Shown: in pieces, positions 9,610 through 20,371 of the stretch
Numbering within the stretch: position 1 is the first letter of the stretch
Layout: each line of letters begins with the position of its first letter
NCBI GenBank assembly: GCA_041179585.1
Contig: JBEGTB010000007.1
Span: 1-42,798, forward strand
Direction of reading: 5' to 3'
DNA from: Actinomycetota bacterium
GTDB taxonomy: Bacteria > Actinomycetota > Actinomycetes > S36-B12 > UBA5976
Length of the DNA stretch: 42,798 nucleotides
Notes under the pieces: generated by a model
Databases searched by the model: none
Seen by the model: the letters and a program-made list of their open reading frames with translations, nothing else
Told to the model about the DNA's origin: nothing
Translations under genes and position numbers: made by a program

Positions 9610-12036
9610 TTAGGACTTCAATCTAGTCATGCCAGCGTCGAATTGAACATCTTCGCTGACAACAGCTGGGTAGAACTGATCAAAGTATTGCACTTCGACC
9701 TTGGTGCCAAGTGTTGAGGCTTCAATTGGTAACCAGGCATAGGCAAGTGAATTACCAATACGGTGACCGTAATTACTCGATGTGGTGAAACCAATTGGCT
9801 GGCCGTTCAAGTAAACGGCTTCTTTGCCTAGGGTTACGTGTTCTTGATTTTCAAAAATCAAGGTAACTAGTTTTTGCTTGATCGCAGTTGGATCAATTGC
9901 TTCAAATGCTTCTGCGCCCTTAAAGCCACCGCCCTTACGAACCGCAAAAGCTAAACCGGCTTCATGTGGGTTGTGATCGCTCATCATGTCAGTGCCGTAC
10001 GAGCGGTAACCCTTTTCTAGACGCATTGAGTTGTAAGCGCCGCGACCTGCAGGAATGATGCCGAATTCTTTTCCGGCTTCCATCAAGGTGTCCCAAAGCT
10101 TTAGGGCAAAGTCAGCGGTTGTGTAAATTTCATAACCGCTTTCACCAACATATGAAAGGCGCCATAGTGTTGCTGGAACTTGATCAAGGTAAGTATTCTT
10201 AGCCTTAAAGTAACCAAGTGCTTCGTGACTAACATCATCTTTGGTTAACTTTTGAATTACTTTGCGGGCATGTGGCCCGAAGAGACCAAGAGCCACAGTT
10301 CCGGCAGTGATGTCATTAATAAAGACATTATCTGGTGCTGACATTTCTAAGCGGGCAACGTCAACAGCGCCGTTAGCACCAATCACAAAATGATTTTCGG
10401 CTAGGCGAGTAACAGTAACATCAGAAAGAATCCCAGCCTGGTCAGTTAGCATCAGACAGTAAGTAACACTGCCTGGCGCTTTATCCAACTTGCCAGTTGT
10501 TTGCTGCATTAAAAATTCAAGTGCGCCTTTACCTTTAACTTCAATTCGCTTAAGCGGAGTGATGTCAAAGATGCCGACGTTCTCACTTACGTATTGTGCT
10601 TCGGCGCCAACGATTGGTGACCAGAACTTAGCTGACCAATCATCGCGCTTAGGTGTCTTATATTTCTTAACAAGTTTCTTATTTGATTCAAACCACTGGG
10701 CACGTTCGTAACCTGATGCCTCAAGGAATACACCGCCTAGTTCTTGATGACGGTGGTAGTAACCGGTGGTACGAATTGGGCGAGGCTTTTCCATTGGTTG
10801 CAATGGGTGAATGATGTCGTAAACCTCAATAAAGTTCTGTGATCCACGCATCTTGATGTGTGATGGACCAAGTTGATGTGGTTCAAAACGATTCACATCA
10901 AATTCATGCATTGGCAACTTTGGATGACCATCGATAATCCACTCGGCAGTGGCCCTGGCAACACCAACAGCGTGGGTAGCCCAAACTGCTTCGGCTACCC
11001 AGAATCCCTTAAGACCCTTCCATTCACCAACAAGTGGAAAAGTGTCGACAGTGAATGAGAAAACACCATTCATTCCATCAGTTAGTTTGGCTGTGCCAAC
11101 ATCTTTTAGGTATTGACTGGAGAGTTTTTGAACTGGCTCCCAGTCTTCTTCAGTGAATTCAAGCTGACTTGGCATGATCGGGGCTTGGTCGTACGGAACA
11201 AACTCTTCAGCTTCAACTGGCATTGCCTTGTGTAAATAAGAGCCAATACCCATCGCATTAAACCGTTGGCGGTAATAAAGATCGCCTTCTTGGTTTCGCA
11301 TAATTGGCATGGAAAGTTCTTCGGTTTCACCGGCAAGTTCTGGAAGATCTTCAGTAAACGCTAACTGATGTGCCATCGGCTGGAATGCCTTTGACATACC
11401 AAACATTCGACCAACTTTTGGTCCCCAGATACCAGCAGCAGAAATAACAATTTCAGCTGGCACAAATCCTTTATCGGTTGTTACGCCAGTTACTTTTCCA
11501 TCTTCGCTTTCAATTCCAATTACGGTAGTGCGATCTTGGAACTTCACTCCACGTGCTTCAGCATTGCGCTGCATTGCTTGAATTGCACGAACTGCTTTGG
11601 CGTTACCGTCAGTTGGACAGTATGCCGCGCCATATATTTTGTCCGCTTTAACTAATTTATGTAGCTTCGCTGTTTCTTCTGGTGAAATAACTCGAGCTTC
11701 AGTGTAGCCATACATGTGTAACCAGGAAACGCGACGGTGTAACTCTTTAAGTCGGCGTGGGGTAGTTGCTATTTCAAGAGAACCAACCTGATAGAAACAA
11801 GGGCCATCTTCATGTTTTGCATTAACAAGTTTTTCAATGCCTTGTTCAGCCATGCGCGCAAGAGTTTTGCTTGTTGAAACTTTTTGGAATAAACCAGGTG
11901 CATGTGATGATGACCCACCAGCTGCAGGAAGTGGACCTTGTTCAAGAACTGTGATGTCAGTTTCGCCACGTTCACTTAGTTCATCTGCAAGTGCTGCGCC
12001 AACTAAACCAGCACCGATAACAACGATTTTGCGCAA
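9610..12036 (-). CDS. Dimethylglycine oxidase/dehydrogenase (FAD domain + GcvT-type THF domain)
   Basis: N-terminus resembles Arthrobacter DMGO as I recall it (IGAG.VG..LADEL..RG..ITVL.QGPL..GGS.SHAPG, with the His used for covalent FAD); AHQ and DLYYR active-site segments; GcvT domain RLSYVGE.GYE and MRLEKGY; TTG start. Confidence 0.88.
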   Translation of the reverse strand: MRKIVVIGAGLVGAALADELSERGETDITVLEQGPLPAAGGSSSHAPGLFQKVSTSKTLARMAEQGIEKLVNAKHEDGPCFYQVGSLEIATTPRRLKELHRRVSWLHMYGYTEARVISPEETAKLHKLVKADKIYGAAYCPTDGNAKAVRAIQAMQRNAEARGVKFQDRTTVIGIESEDGKVTGVTTDKGFVPAEIVISAAGIWGPKVGRMFGMSKAFQPMAHQLAFTEDLPELAGETEELSMPIMRNQEGDLYYRQRFNAMGIGSYLHKAMPVEAEEFVPYDQAPIMPSQLEFTEEDWEPVQKLSSQYLKDVGTAKLTDGMNGVFSFTVDTFPLVGEWKGLKGFWVAEAVWATHAVGVARATAEWIIDGHPKLPMHEFDVNRFEPHQLGPSHIKMRGSQNFIEVYDIIHPLQPMEKPRPIRTTGYYHRHQELGGVFLEASGYERAQWFESNKKLVKKYKTPKRDDWSAKFWSPIVGAEAQYVSENVGIFDITPLKRIEVKGKGALEFLMQQTTGKLDKAPGSVTYCLMLTDQAGILSDVTVTRLAENHFVIGANGAVDVARLEMSAPDNVFINDITAGTVALGLFGPHARKVIQKLTKDDVSHEALGYFKAKNTYLDQVPATLWRLSYVGESGYEIYTTADFALKLWDTLMEAGKEFGIIPAGRGAYNSMRLEKGYRSYGTDMMSDHNPHEAGLAFAVRKGGGFKGAEAFEAIDPTAIKQKLVTLIFENQEHVTLGKEAVYLNGQPIGFTTSSNYGHRIGNSLAYAWLPIEASTLGTKVEVQYFDQFYPAVVSEDVQFDAGMTRLKS

Positions 12037-12065
12037 TGCAATACGCCTTTCAACTCAAAAAAGGT

Positions 12066-12101
12066 GTTGCGTAATACGCAACCTAGTGCGAACTGCGCAA
12101 C
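12066..12101. promoter_or_regulatory. Tandem palindromic operator upstream of the dmg-soxBDAG-folD-betA operon (IclR-like)
   Basis: GTTGCGTA-A-TACGCAAC perfect palindrome (12066-12082) plus a degenerate copy AGTGCGAACTGCGCAAC (12085-12101) at a 19-bp period; the same architecture occurs at 18644-18679. Confidence 0.75.
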
Positions 12102-12164
12102 ACTCGATATATTCGTTCATTTCCAGTTCGTACGCAAGTCCTTTAAGAAACTATTTAGGCAAAG

Positions 12165-12201
12165 CAAAACCCCCAAGTACCAAAGGCACTTGGGGGTTTT
12201 G
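12165..12201 (-). terminator. Intrinsic terminator after proX
   Basis: 14-bp inverted repeat CAAAACCCCCAAGT / ACTTGGGGGTTTTG with a T-rich tail on the minus strand, 16 nt after the stop at 12218. Confidence 0.85.
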
Positions 12202-12217
12202 GATGTCTAGTTAAAGA

Positions 12218-13180
12218 CTACTTAACCCAACCATCGGCTGTTGCCTGATTGGCAGCGATCCACTTCTTAGCAGCTTCTTCAGGTGTCATTCCACCTTCAA
12301 TGTCAGCAGCTACACCGTTTTGATCGTCGTTAGTCCATTTGAAGTTCTTAATAATGCGAGTGAACGGATCATTTGCATCCATAAGTTTCTTTGAAGCTAA
12401 CTTAATCAGTGGTGATGAAGGGTAGTCAGTTAGACCACTTGCTTCGGCAGTATCTGTCCAGTCGTTTGCTGGGAAATTAACACGAGCCAAAGCAACCTTT
12501 GCAAGGAAGTTTTGTGGTTCGTAGAAGTATCCCAATGCTGGAGTCTTGTCTGCAGCAGCTTTGGTGAACACGTCAATTAGCGCTTGTTCTGAGCCAGTTG
12601 AAATGATTGTGAAGTTAAGGCCATTGGCTTCAACCATTTTTTCACCGATTGTGGTGTATCCCGGAGGACCTTCGTACCAAGCACCCTTGCCCTTTGATTC
12701 GTCAGTGACGAATAGGTCAGCGTACTTGTTTAGGTTCGCAGAATCTGTGATGTCTGGATATTCTTCAGCCATCCATGCTGGTACATACATACCAATAAGA
12801 CCGACGTTTCCGTTGTCGCCAACTTCAACTACAGCGCCACGGTCAACCCAGTCTTGCCAACGGCCGCCGCCCCAGTCTTCGATTACTACGTCAATCGTTC
12901 CAGCTTCCATGGCATCGTAGGTTACGCCTGCTTCTTCCAAGGTCACTTGTTCGATTGTGCAACCTGCTGCCTTAGCAACTTCAGTCACAACCTGTGCTGA
13001 CGCTGTGTAGCCAACCCAAGCATGCATTGCAATGCTGTAGGAACCACATGCTTCGGCAGCACCTGTTTCTGTAGTAGATGCAGCGTCATCAACGCCAGCT
13101 CCACCACATGCCGTTAAGGCAAGGCCTGCAACTGCAGTTAATACTGCAAACTTGAAGCCCTTTCCTTGTTTCCGGACCAT
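12218..13180 (-). CDS. proX: Glycine betaine/choline ABC transporter substrate-binding lipoprotein (OpuAC/ProX family)
   Basis: Lipobox ALTAC; G.IDV.IEDW, YVP, YFYEP and AAKKWI motifs; aromatic residues suited to a quaternary-amine box. Confidence 0.85.
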   Translation of the reverse strand: MVRKQGKGFKFAVLTAVAGLALTACGGAGVDDAASTTETGAAEACGSYSIAMHAWVGYTASAQVVTEVAKAAGCTIEQVTLEEAGVTYDAMEAGTIDVVIEDWGGGRWQDWVDRGAVVEVGDNGNVGLIGMYVPAWMAEEYPDITDSANLNKYADLFVTDESKGKGAWYEGPPGYTTIGEKMVEANGLNFTIISTGSEQALIDVFTKAAADKTPALGYFYEPQNFLAKVALARVNFPANDWTDTAEASGLTDYPSSPLIKLASKKLMDANDPFTRIIKNFKWTNDDQNGVAADIEGGMTPEEAAKKWIAANQATADGWVK

Positions 13181-13256
13181 TCTTATCTCCTCGCTAGGAA
13201 ATGGGTAACCTACGCGGTAACCCTTCGGATCAACGTTTGCCGATCCGAAACTTTAT

Positions 13257-15230
13257 TTAATGTCGCGGTGCTGAATTTCTTCGCACTGCAAACTGTGCCA
13301 TTCGGTCGATCATGATGCCTAGCAACAAGATCGCAAAACCAGCAACAAGTCCCTTACCTTGCAGATCTGGCTTTGAACTGCCCAGAATTACTAAGTAGCC
13401 TAACCCTCCAGCACCAACGAATCCACCAATTACAACAACGGCGAGTACGAATATCAATCCTTGATTAGTTGCCAGCAAAAGGGAATTCTTTGCTGCAGGA
13501 AGTTGCACTTTTGTTATCAATTGTCGTGTTGTGGAACCAGAAGATACCGCTGCCTCAATCATTGTTACGGGTACGTCTCTAATTCCTTGACCCACAATTT
13601 TCACAACTACTGGGATCGAATAAACAATGCCCGTTGCAATAGCTGTGAATCTGGCAGGTCCGAAAAAGCCAAGCATTGGAATTAAGTAGACAAATGCTGG
13701 CAGCACCTGACCTGCATCCATGATCGGTCTAATAAATCGTTCAGCACGCTGGCTTCGACCCACCCAAATACCAATTGAAACGCCGATAACCATAGTGAGC
13801 AATGTGGCAACCAAAGTTTGAGCAAGTGTGATCATGGTGTCAAACCAAAGTCCACTTCCAACAATTAAAAAAAGAACAACCAAGGTAACAATTGCTGATC
13901 TGAATCCGCCGACAAGTAATGAAATTAACGCAATGGCTGCAACGGTCAGGAACCACGGTGAATTAGATAGCAGGGCTTCAAGTGGATTGAGAATTCCAAC
14001 TGTTACAAATTTAATTAGGCCCTCTGTAAAGAAAGAAAAAGTAGAAGTAACCCACTTGACTGCTGAATCTGCCGCATGTGCAATTGGTTCAGAAAAATTA
14101 ATTTGTTCTGGAAAATAAGCGGCCCAGGCTAATTGTCTAGATAGGAAAACTGAGACAATTGCTGCACCGCCAGTTGCAAAGAGCGCAATCTTTCTGCGTT
14201 TTTGTTGTGCCGGGCTTGGCGGCACAAACGTATTCTGCTTAACAACTGCTGCGGTTGTCGAGCGATCAAGCATGATTGCTAGAAAGACAACTGCAAAACC
14301 TGCGACAAATCCCTCGCCGACGTTTCTAATAATTAGAGCTTCAATAACTGGCTTTCCAAGTCCTGGTGCGCCGATCAAAGCAGCAATCACCACAAAAGAA
14401 AGTGCAGCCATAACAGTTTGATTTACGCCCAAGACAATCGTCTTTTTTGCAATTGGTAACTGAACTTTGGTTAGTGTTTGGCCTCCAGTTGAGCCCATCG
14501 AGATACTTGCTTCAACGGGACCTTTTGCAACACCGCGAATTCCAAATGCGGTTAAACGAATCGCAATCGGAATGCTATAGACCATTGTGGCGATTGTGGC
14601 TGATGCTGGACCGATTAAGAAAAACAATGCAAGCGGTGCCAGGTACACAAGCGTTGGCAAAATTTGAGCTAAATCCAAAATTGGTGTCACCAGTCGAAGT
14701 GCAAAATCTGACCGGCCAGCCCAGATGCCCACCGGGATACCGATAACTAAAGAAAGAAATACCGCTGCAATGGTCATTGCAAGCGTGTCCATTGAGTGAC
14801 TCCACAACCCAAGTGCACCGCATGCGAAAGTTAAAGTAACTGCAAGAATTGCGGTTCTGGCGTTAGCGATTGCAAACACGATGAAGCCAATTAGCGCGAT
14901 CACGCCAAACCAGCCAATTAATGGGATTGATGATCCGGTCGTTGGAACAGAAATTGTTTCTCGGATTAAGGTTACGAAACCATCGATAAATTGCCGAATT
15001 GGATTAAAAAAGTATTTAAATGCAGCGCCATCTGTGCGATTACCTCTGATGGATTTCGCTATTTCACCTACAAAATTTGTAAAAGTTGTATTTTGCGGCA
15101 CTGCTAATTCATATGTGTACTTGCCACTGAAAATTTTTGAAAGACCAAACCAAGCCACCAAAATTCCGGCAAAAATCCAACCTCTTTTTATTTCTCTCCG
15201 GTTGGAAGTACCCAGTACTTCATCGCTCAT
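13257..15230 (-). CDS. proW: ABC transporter permease with two fused ProW-type transmembrane domains
   Basis: 657 aa hydrophobic protein with two repeats of D..Q.LP..VYL.P and EA...G.T..Q...KVQLP.A. Confidence 0.9.
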   Translation of the reverse strand: MSDEVLGTSNRREIKRGWIFAGILVAWFGLSKIFSGKYTYELAVPQNTTFTNFVGEIAKSIRGNRTDGAAFKYFFNPIRQFIDGFVTLIRETISVPTTGSSIPLIGWFGVIALIGFIVFAIANARTAILAVTLTFACGALGLWSHSMDTLAMTIAAVFLSLVIGIPVGIWAGRSDFALRLVTPILDLAQILPTLVYLAPLALFFLIGPASATIATMVYSIPIAIRLTAFGIRGVAKGPVEASISMGSTGGQTLTKVQLPIAKKTIVLGVNQTVMAALSFVVIAALIGAPGLGKPVIEALIIRNVGEGFVAGFAVVFLAIMLDRSTTAAVVKQNTFVPPSPAQQKRRKIALFATGGAAIVSVFLSRQLAWAAYFPEQINFSEPIAHAADSAVKWVTSTFSFFTEGLIKFVTVGILNPLEALLSNSPWFLTVAAIALISLLVGGFRSAIVTLVVLFLIVGSGLWFDTMITLAQTLVATLLTMVIGVSIGIWVGRSQRAERFIRPIMDAGQVLPAFVYLIPMLGFFGPARFTAIATGIVYSIPVVVKIVGQGIRDVPVTMIEAAVSSGSTTRQLITKVQLPAAKNSLLLATNQGLIFVLAVVVIGGFVGAGGLGYLVILGSSKPDLQGKGLVAGFAILLLGIMIDRMAQFAVRRNSAPRH

Positions 15231-16261
15231 GAATGTGCTCCGCCACCGATTAATTTCAAAATATCATTTGCTGTGATGTAGCCGATTGACTTACCTGCAT
15301 CCATTACTTCAACAGGTCCAGTTGCAGCAAGGACAACTGGTGTTGCTTCTCTGATGATCATTGTGGACTGGACTGACTTATCTGACGGAAGTTCACCACT
15401 TGCCAGTGGGCGAGCGATTGATTTAACGGTTAACACGTGTGACTTGGGAACATCTCTAGTGAAGTCAGCTACATAATCATCAACTGGATTTCCAATCAAT
15501 TCCTCAGCGGTACCCATTTGTACTATTGCGCCATCGCGCATGATGGCAATGCGATCGCCAACCTTTAGCGCTTCATCTAAATCGTGGGTAATAAAGATCA
15601 TGGTTTTACCAAGTTCTTTTTGCAGACGAATTACCTCAGCTTGCATGTCGCGACGGATGAGCGGGTCAAGTGCAGAGAACGGTTCATCCAAGAACATCAC
15701 ATCTGGGTCAACCGCAAGTGCACGAGCAAGACCAACACGTTGCTGCATACCGCCAGATAACTGTTCAGGGTAAGCCTGCTCAAAACCATTTAGACCAACT
15801 AATTCGACAACCTCTTGCGCGCGGGCATGACGCTTTTCTTTGCTGACTCCGTTAATTTCAAGTGCATAAGCAATGTTGTCAATCACTTTGCGATGAGGAA
15901 GAAGTCCGAAGTTTTGGAAAACCATTGAAAAGCGGGTTCGGCGAAGTTCACGAAGGCGACTTGCTGATGCCTCAAGAATATCTTCGCCATCCATAACGAT
16001 ATGGCCTGAAGTTGGTTCAATTAATCTAGTTAAGCAGCGAACTAAAGTTGATTTACCAGATCCAGATAGACCCATCACAACGAATACTTCACCTGGGGCA
16101 ACATCAAAAGACACATCCCGAACGGCAGCTGTGTTACCAGTTTTTTCCCGAAGTTCTGCACGTGGCAATGCTGCATCTGGGCTACCAACTAATTTTTCTG
16201 GGTTCGGTCCAAAAACCTGCCAAAGATTACGAACAGAAATTGCGCTTGCTTTGTTTGTCAT
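15227..16261 (-). CDS. proV: Glycine betaine ABC transporter ATP-binding protein
   Basis: Walker [27 protein letters not shown] and FITHDL; ATGA overlap with the permease. Confidence 0.93.
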   Translation of the reverse strand: MTNKASAISVRNLWQVFGPNPEKLVGSPDAALPRAELREKTGNTAAVRDVSFDVAPGEVFVVMGLSGSGKSTLVRCLTRLIEPTSGHIVMDGEDILEASASRLRELRRTRFSMVFQNFGLLPHRKVIDNIAYALEINGVSKEKRHARAQEVVELVGLNGFEQAYPEQLSGGMQQRVGLARALAVDPDVMFLDEPFSALDPLIRRDMQAEVIRLQKELGKTMIFITHDLDEALKVGDRIAIMRDGAIVQMGTAEELIGNPVDDYVADFTRDVPKSHVLTVKSIARPLASGELPSDKSVQSTMIIREATPVVLAATGPVEVMDAGKSIGYITANDILKLIGGGAHS

Positions 16262-16263
16262 TT

Positions 16264-17772
16264 CTAGTTGCCCTTCGGGTCTGCAAACCAGTCAGATCTA
16301 GCAGGGGAAAGGTTCTGCCAGATGTGCTTATGTTCTAGATATTCTGCCAAGCCAGCCTGGCCTAATTCTCGTCCTATGCCAGATTGCTTGTATCCACCCC
16401 ATTCAGCCTGTGCTACGTAAGGGTGAAAATCATTGATCCAGATGGTTCCGTGGCGAAGTTTTCTGGCCACTCGCTGAGCCTTATCTGCATCTTCAGTCCA
16501 GACAGCACCTGCCAGACCATAAATAGTGTCATTGCCAAGTGCAATCGCTTCTTCTTCGGTATCAAAAACTTCAATGGTCATAATCGGACCAAATGACTCA
16601 TCTTGCACACATTTCATTTTTGTATTGCAGTTATCTAAAACTGTTGGGCGATAAAAGTAACCATCTTGCAATTGCGGTTCGCTTGGCCGTTTGCCGCCAG
16701 CGCGAAGTGTTGCACCTTCAGCAATCGCATCTTTAACAAACTGTTCAATTTTGTCGCGGTGAGAAGCACTTATCAGCGCGCCAGTCTCAGCATTTTCATC
16801 ATGGGAGCCACCAAGAACAATTGCATCAGCCCTGCGAGCAACTTCAGCAGCAACTTTTTCATGGATACTGCGCTCAACAAGTAAGCGAGTGCCAGCTGAA
16901 CATACTTGGCCAGAGTGTAAGAAAACTGCCGTTAGCGCATTGTCTATTGCTGCATCTAAATTACTATCAGCAAAAATAATGTTTGGATTCTTTCCACCAA
17001 GTTCAAGTGCGATCTTCTTAACTGTTTCAGATGCGTTAGCCATCAAACGTTTACCAGTTACCAATCCGCCAGTGAAAGAGACCATGTCAACATCAATGTG
17101 AGTGCTAAGTGGTCCACCTGCAGTAGCGCCAGCACCCATAACCAAGTTGGCAACACCACCTGGAACGCCAGCCTCAACAAGAACATCCATCAACATTGAA
17201 GTTGTGCTTGGGGTTAGTTCACTTGGCTTAATTACAAATGTGCAACCGGTTGCAAGCGCAGGTGCAATTTTCCATGATGCTTGAAGCAGGGGATAGTTCC
17301 ATGGAGTGATCATCGCAACGACACCAACTGGTTCACTTACGATTGTGCTTCGCACACCATCGCGGCCAGTATCAACTTCACGTTCGTGAGCGCTTGGGGC
17401 TTGATTGGCGAAATATCTGAAAACCGAAATGATGTCATCTAAGTCATAGCGAGCTTCAACGATTCGCTTTGCGGTATCGCGCGATTCAGCTTCGGCGAAT
17501 AATTCTTTGTCACGTTCCAGAATGTCAGCGATGCGATCAAGTATTTTGGCTCGCTGTTCGCCAGTAAAAGAAGTCCAGTGACCATCATCAAATGCTTTGC
17601 GAGCTGCTTTAATTGCAAGTTCAGTATCGCTAGCCGTTGCTTCAAAGAACTCACCAACTGGCTTGGCGTTAGCTGGGTGCAAAATTGTGCGCTTTTCACC
17701 AGATGAACTTGGTACGCGTTTACCGTCGATAAATAAGGAATCGATATTGCTATAGCCCATTTGGTAAACCAC
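16264..17772 (-). CDS. betB: Betaine aldehyde dehydrogenase (exact start uncertain: GTG 17772 or ATG 17760)
   Basis: [21 protein letters not shown], catalytic GQVCSAG and ESFGP; context with betA and the transporter. Confidence 0.85.
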   Translation of the reverse strand: MVYQMGYSNIDSLFIDGKRVPSSSGEKRTILHPANAKPVGEFFEATASDTELAIKAARKAFDDGHWTSFTGEQRAKILDRIADILERDKELFAEAESRDTAKRIVEARYDLDDIISVFRYFANQAPSAHEREVDTGRDGVRSTIVSEPVGVVAMITPWNYPLLQASWKIAPALATGCTFVIKPSELTPSTTSMLMDVLVEAGVPGGVANLVMGAGATAGGPLSTHIDVDMVSFTGGLVTGKRLMANASETVKKIALELGGKNPNIIFADSNLDAAIDNALTAVFLHSGQVCSAGTRLLVERSIHEKVAAEVARRADAIVLGGSHDENAETGALISASHRDKIEQFVKDAIAEGATLRAGGKRPSEPQLQDGYFYRPTVLDNCNTKMKCVQDESFGPIMTIEVFDTEEEAIALGNDTIYGLAGAVWTEDADKAQRVARKLRHGTIWINDFHPYVAQAEWGGYKQSGIGRELGQAGLAEYLEHKHIWQNLSPARSDWFADPKGN

Positions 17773-17872
17773 CCAAGATTTCTAGTTTCTTAACTTTTGC
17801 CACTTGTCGATGACTAGTCAAGTTCTGGCACTTCTTTGTAACGTAAGCGTTTTTAGGTTTCATAATGTGGGG

Positions 17873-18652
17873 CTATTCTCTCCAACTATTTGGTGAACCT
17901 GAAAGTGCCTTAGCACTTTTTACTAATTGCTTTCCAACAACATCTAAATTCAATTTGTGCATGCGGGCTGTTGGTCCAGAAACTACGAGCGCTGCAACAA
18001 CATCTAAGTGCGAATCACGAATTGGCGAAGCAACTGCCGTGAAGCTATCTTCCATTTCTTCATCGGCAATGGCGTACCCGCGCTCACGAACTTTATCTAA
18101 TTCTTTTTCAAAATCCACAACTGTAGTAATTGTCTTCTTGGTTAATTTTTCAAATTTATTTGGGTAAGTTGCTTTGCGAGATTTTTCGTTTAACCAAGCA
18201 ACTAAAACTTTTCCAGTTGCGGTGCAATGAATTGGAACAATCTGACCTAGCCAGCTGGACATAGTCATGATGTGGGAGCCAGCAACCTGATCAACATAAA
18301 GAACTTTGTTGTTATCTAAAACTGCAATGTTCACTGTTTCACCAAATTGATCGGCAAGTGCGCGCGTAACAGAACGTGAGCCACCAACAGCACCTAGGTT
18401 GCTTGACACAGTTCCCGCTAATCGAACTAATCCAATTCCTAGTCGATATCGACCACGGTCAGAAATTTGTTCAACTAAGTTGTGCGCCAAGAGGGAAGCT
18501 AACAAGCGCGAAGCAGTCGATTTATGAATATCCAATTCAGCGGCTATTTCAGTTACGCCAGATTCACCTTTGGCGCCAAGTATTTCCAGAATCTGCAATG
18601 CGCGATCAACAGATTGAACTGCTGAACTTTCGCTAGAAATACTGTTGCCCAT
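17873..18652 (-). CDS. IclR family transcriptional regulator (IclR-1)
   Basis: VQSVDRAL..L, HTH segment GVTEIA.ELDIHKSTASRLL, HCTATGK and ALVVSGP effector domain. Confidence 0.95.
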   Translation of the reverse strand: MGNSISSESSAVQSVDRALQILEILGAKGESGVTEIAAELDIHKSTASRLLASLLAHNLVEQISDRGRYRLGIGLVRLAGTVSSNLGAVGGSRSVTRALADQFGETVNIAVLDNNKVLYVDQVAGSHIMTMSSWLGQIVPIHCTATGKVLVAWLNEKSRKATYPNKFEKLTKKTITTVVDFEKELDKVRERGYAIADEEMEDSFTAVASPIRDSHLDVVAALVVSGPTARMHKLNLDVVGKQLVKSAKALSGSPNSWRE

Positions 18653-18679
18653 GACGCAACATTATGCGCCATGGGCAAC
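18644..18679. promoter_or_regulatory. Tandem operator overlapping the IclR-1 start codon and its leaderless promoter
   Basis: GTTGCCCATGACGCAAC (18644-18660, 13/17 identical to 12066-12082) plus TATGCGCCATGGGCAAC (18663-18679) at a 19-bp period; -10-like TAATGT 6 nt upstream of the ATG. Confidence 0.7.
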
Positions 18680-18703
18680 AGCCTTGTCTAGGTTTTTATA
18701 AAA

Positions 18704-20371
18704 CTAGAAGAGGCCTACTACTAAGCCATCTTGAAGTTTGATGGTGTTTGCCGCAGGAACCTTAGGCAAACCAGGCATCGTCATGATGTCACCTGTGACA
18801 ACAACGATAAATTCAGCGCCTGCACTTAAACGAACTTCGCGGATTGCCACAACGTGGTTTGAAGGGGCGCCCTTTAAGTTCGGGTCAGTTGAGAAAGAGT
18901 ACTGAGTCTTCGCCATACAAATTGGGAATTTTCCATAGCCAGCATCTTCGAAACTCTTTAACTGATCGCGAACGGACTTGTCAGCCACGATGTCATCAGC
19001 ATCGTAAATGCTTGTGGCAATGGTCTTAACTTTGTCCCAAAGCGATAGTGAATCGTCATACAGCGGAGCAAATTGTGCAGTGCCTGATTCAGCCAGTGCT
19101 ACAACTTTTTCAGCAAGTTCTTTAGTGCCCTTGCTACCTTCAGCCCAGTGAGTACAGCGAACTGCATCCACACCAAGTTCAGCACAGTATTTCTGAACAG
19201 CAGCGAATTCAGCATCTGTATCAGTAGTGAAGTTGTTTACGCCGACTACTACTGGAACACCAAACTTCTTAACGTTGCGGATGTGACGACCAAGGTTAGC
19301 TAGACCTGCTTCAACAGCAGCTACGTTTTCTTTTCCTAGGTCATCCTTAGCAACGCCGCCGTGCATCTTTAGCGCACGAACAGTGGCCACGATCACAGCA
19401 GCACTTGGTGCAAGACCTGCCTTGCGGCATTTAATGTCGAAGAACTTTTCAGCACCAAGGTCAGCACCGAAGCCAGCTTCAGTAACAACGTAATCGCCAA
19501 GGCGAAGAGCGGTGTCAGTAGCCAAAACTGTGTTGCAGCCATGTGCGATGTTGGCAAATGGTCCACCGTGAACAAACGCTGGATTATTTTCAAGTGTTTG
19601 TACCAAGTTAGGCATTAGTGCATCTTTAAGTAGAACTGTCATCGCACCATTTGCGTTTAGTTGGCTAGCTGTGATTGCAACTTTGTCGCGGGTGTAACCA
19701 ATAACAATGTTGCCAAGACGGCGTTCTAAGTCATCTAGATCCATGGCTAAACAAAGTATTGCCATAACTTCAGATGCAACAGTGATATCAAATCCGGCTT
19801 CACGTGGGTAACCATTTCCTGGTCCACCAAGAGCTGCAGTGATTTGGCGAAGTGCACGATCGTTCATGTCGATTACTCGCTTCCAAGCAATACGACGAAC
19901 ATCAATACCAAGTTCATTACCCCAGTAGATGTGATTATCGATCATTGCTGAAAGTAAGTTGTGGGCTGCGCCAATGGCATGGAAGTCACCAGTGAAGTGC
20001 AGGTTGATATCTTCCATTGGAATTACTTGGGCGTAACCGCCACCTGCGGCGCCACCTTTCATACCAAAACTTGGACCAAGTGATGGTTCGCGCAGACAGA
20101 TGATTGCATTCTTACCGATTGCATTTAGGCCATCACCAAGACCAACAGTTGTTGTGGTCTTACCTTCACCTGCAGGGGTTGGTGTCATGGCAGTAACAAG
20201 AATTAACTTGCCGCGTTCTTTTTTCTTGATTGAGTCAATGAATTCCATTGACACTTTGGCTTTAGTTGGGCCGTAGTTCAAGATCGCTTCAGCTGGAATC
20301 CCAATTCGAGAGGCTATTTCACCAATTGGTTTAATTTTGCCTTCGCGGGCAATTTCGATATCTGATTTCAC
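18704..20371 (-). CDS. fhs: Formate--tetrahydrofolate ligase
   Basis: [54 protein letters not shown] and MTMPGLP motifs. Confidence 0.98.
   Translation of the reverse strand: MKSDIEIAREGKIKPIGEIASRIGIPAEAILNYGPTKAKVSMEFIDSIKKKERGKLILVTAMTPTPAGEGKTTTTVGLGDGLNAIGKNAIICLREPSLGPSFGMKGGAAGGGYAQVIPMEDINLHFTGDFHAIGAAHNLLSAMIDNHIYWGNELGIDVRRIAWKRVIDMNDRALRQITAALGGPGNGYPREAGFDITVASEVMAILCLAMDLDDLERRLGNIVIGYTRDKVAITASQLNANGAMTVLLKDALMPNLVQTLENNPAFVHGGPFANIAHGCNTVLATDTALRLGDYVVTEAGFGADLGAEKFFDIKCRKAGLAPSAAVIVATVRALKMHGGVAKDDLGKENVAAVEAGLANLGRHIRNVKKFGVPVVVGVNNFTTDTDAEFAAVQKYCAELGVDAVRCTHWAEGSKGTKELAEKVVALAESGTAQFAPLYDDSLSLWDKVKTIATSIYDADDIVADKSVRDQLKSFEDAGYGKFPICMAKTQYSFSTDPNLKGAPSNHVVAIREVRLSAGAEFIVVVTGDIMTMPGLPKVPAANTIKLQDGLVVGLF

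Noticed and set aside
17773-17872. Possible riboswitch or structured leader upstream of betB (TGACTAGTCA palindrome, short TGCCA/TGGCA arms)
   Set aside because: The stems are short and interrupted and show no recognisable glycine, THF, SAM or cobalamin aptamer consensus; an Infernal/Rfam scan would settle it.
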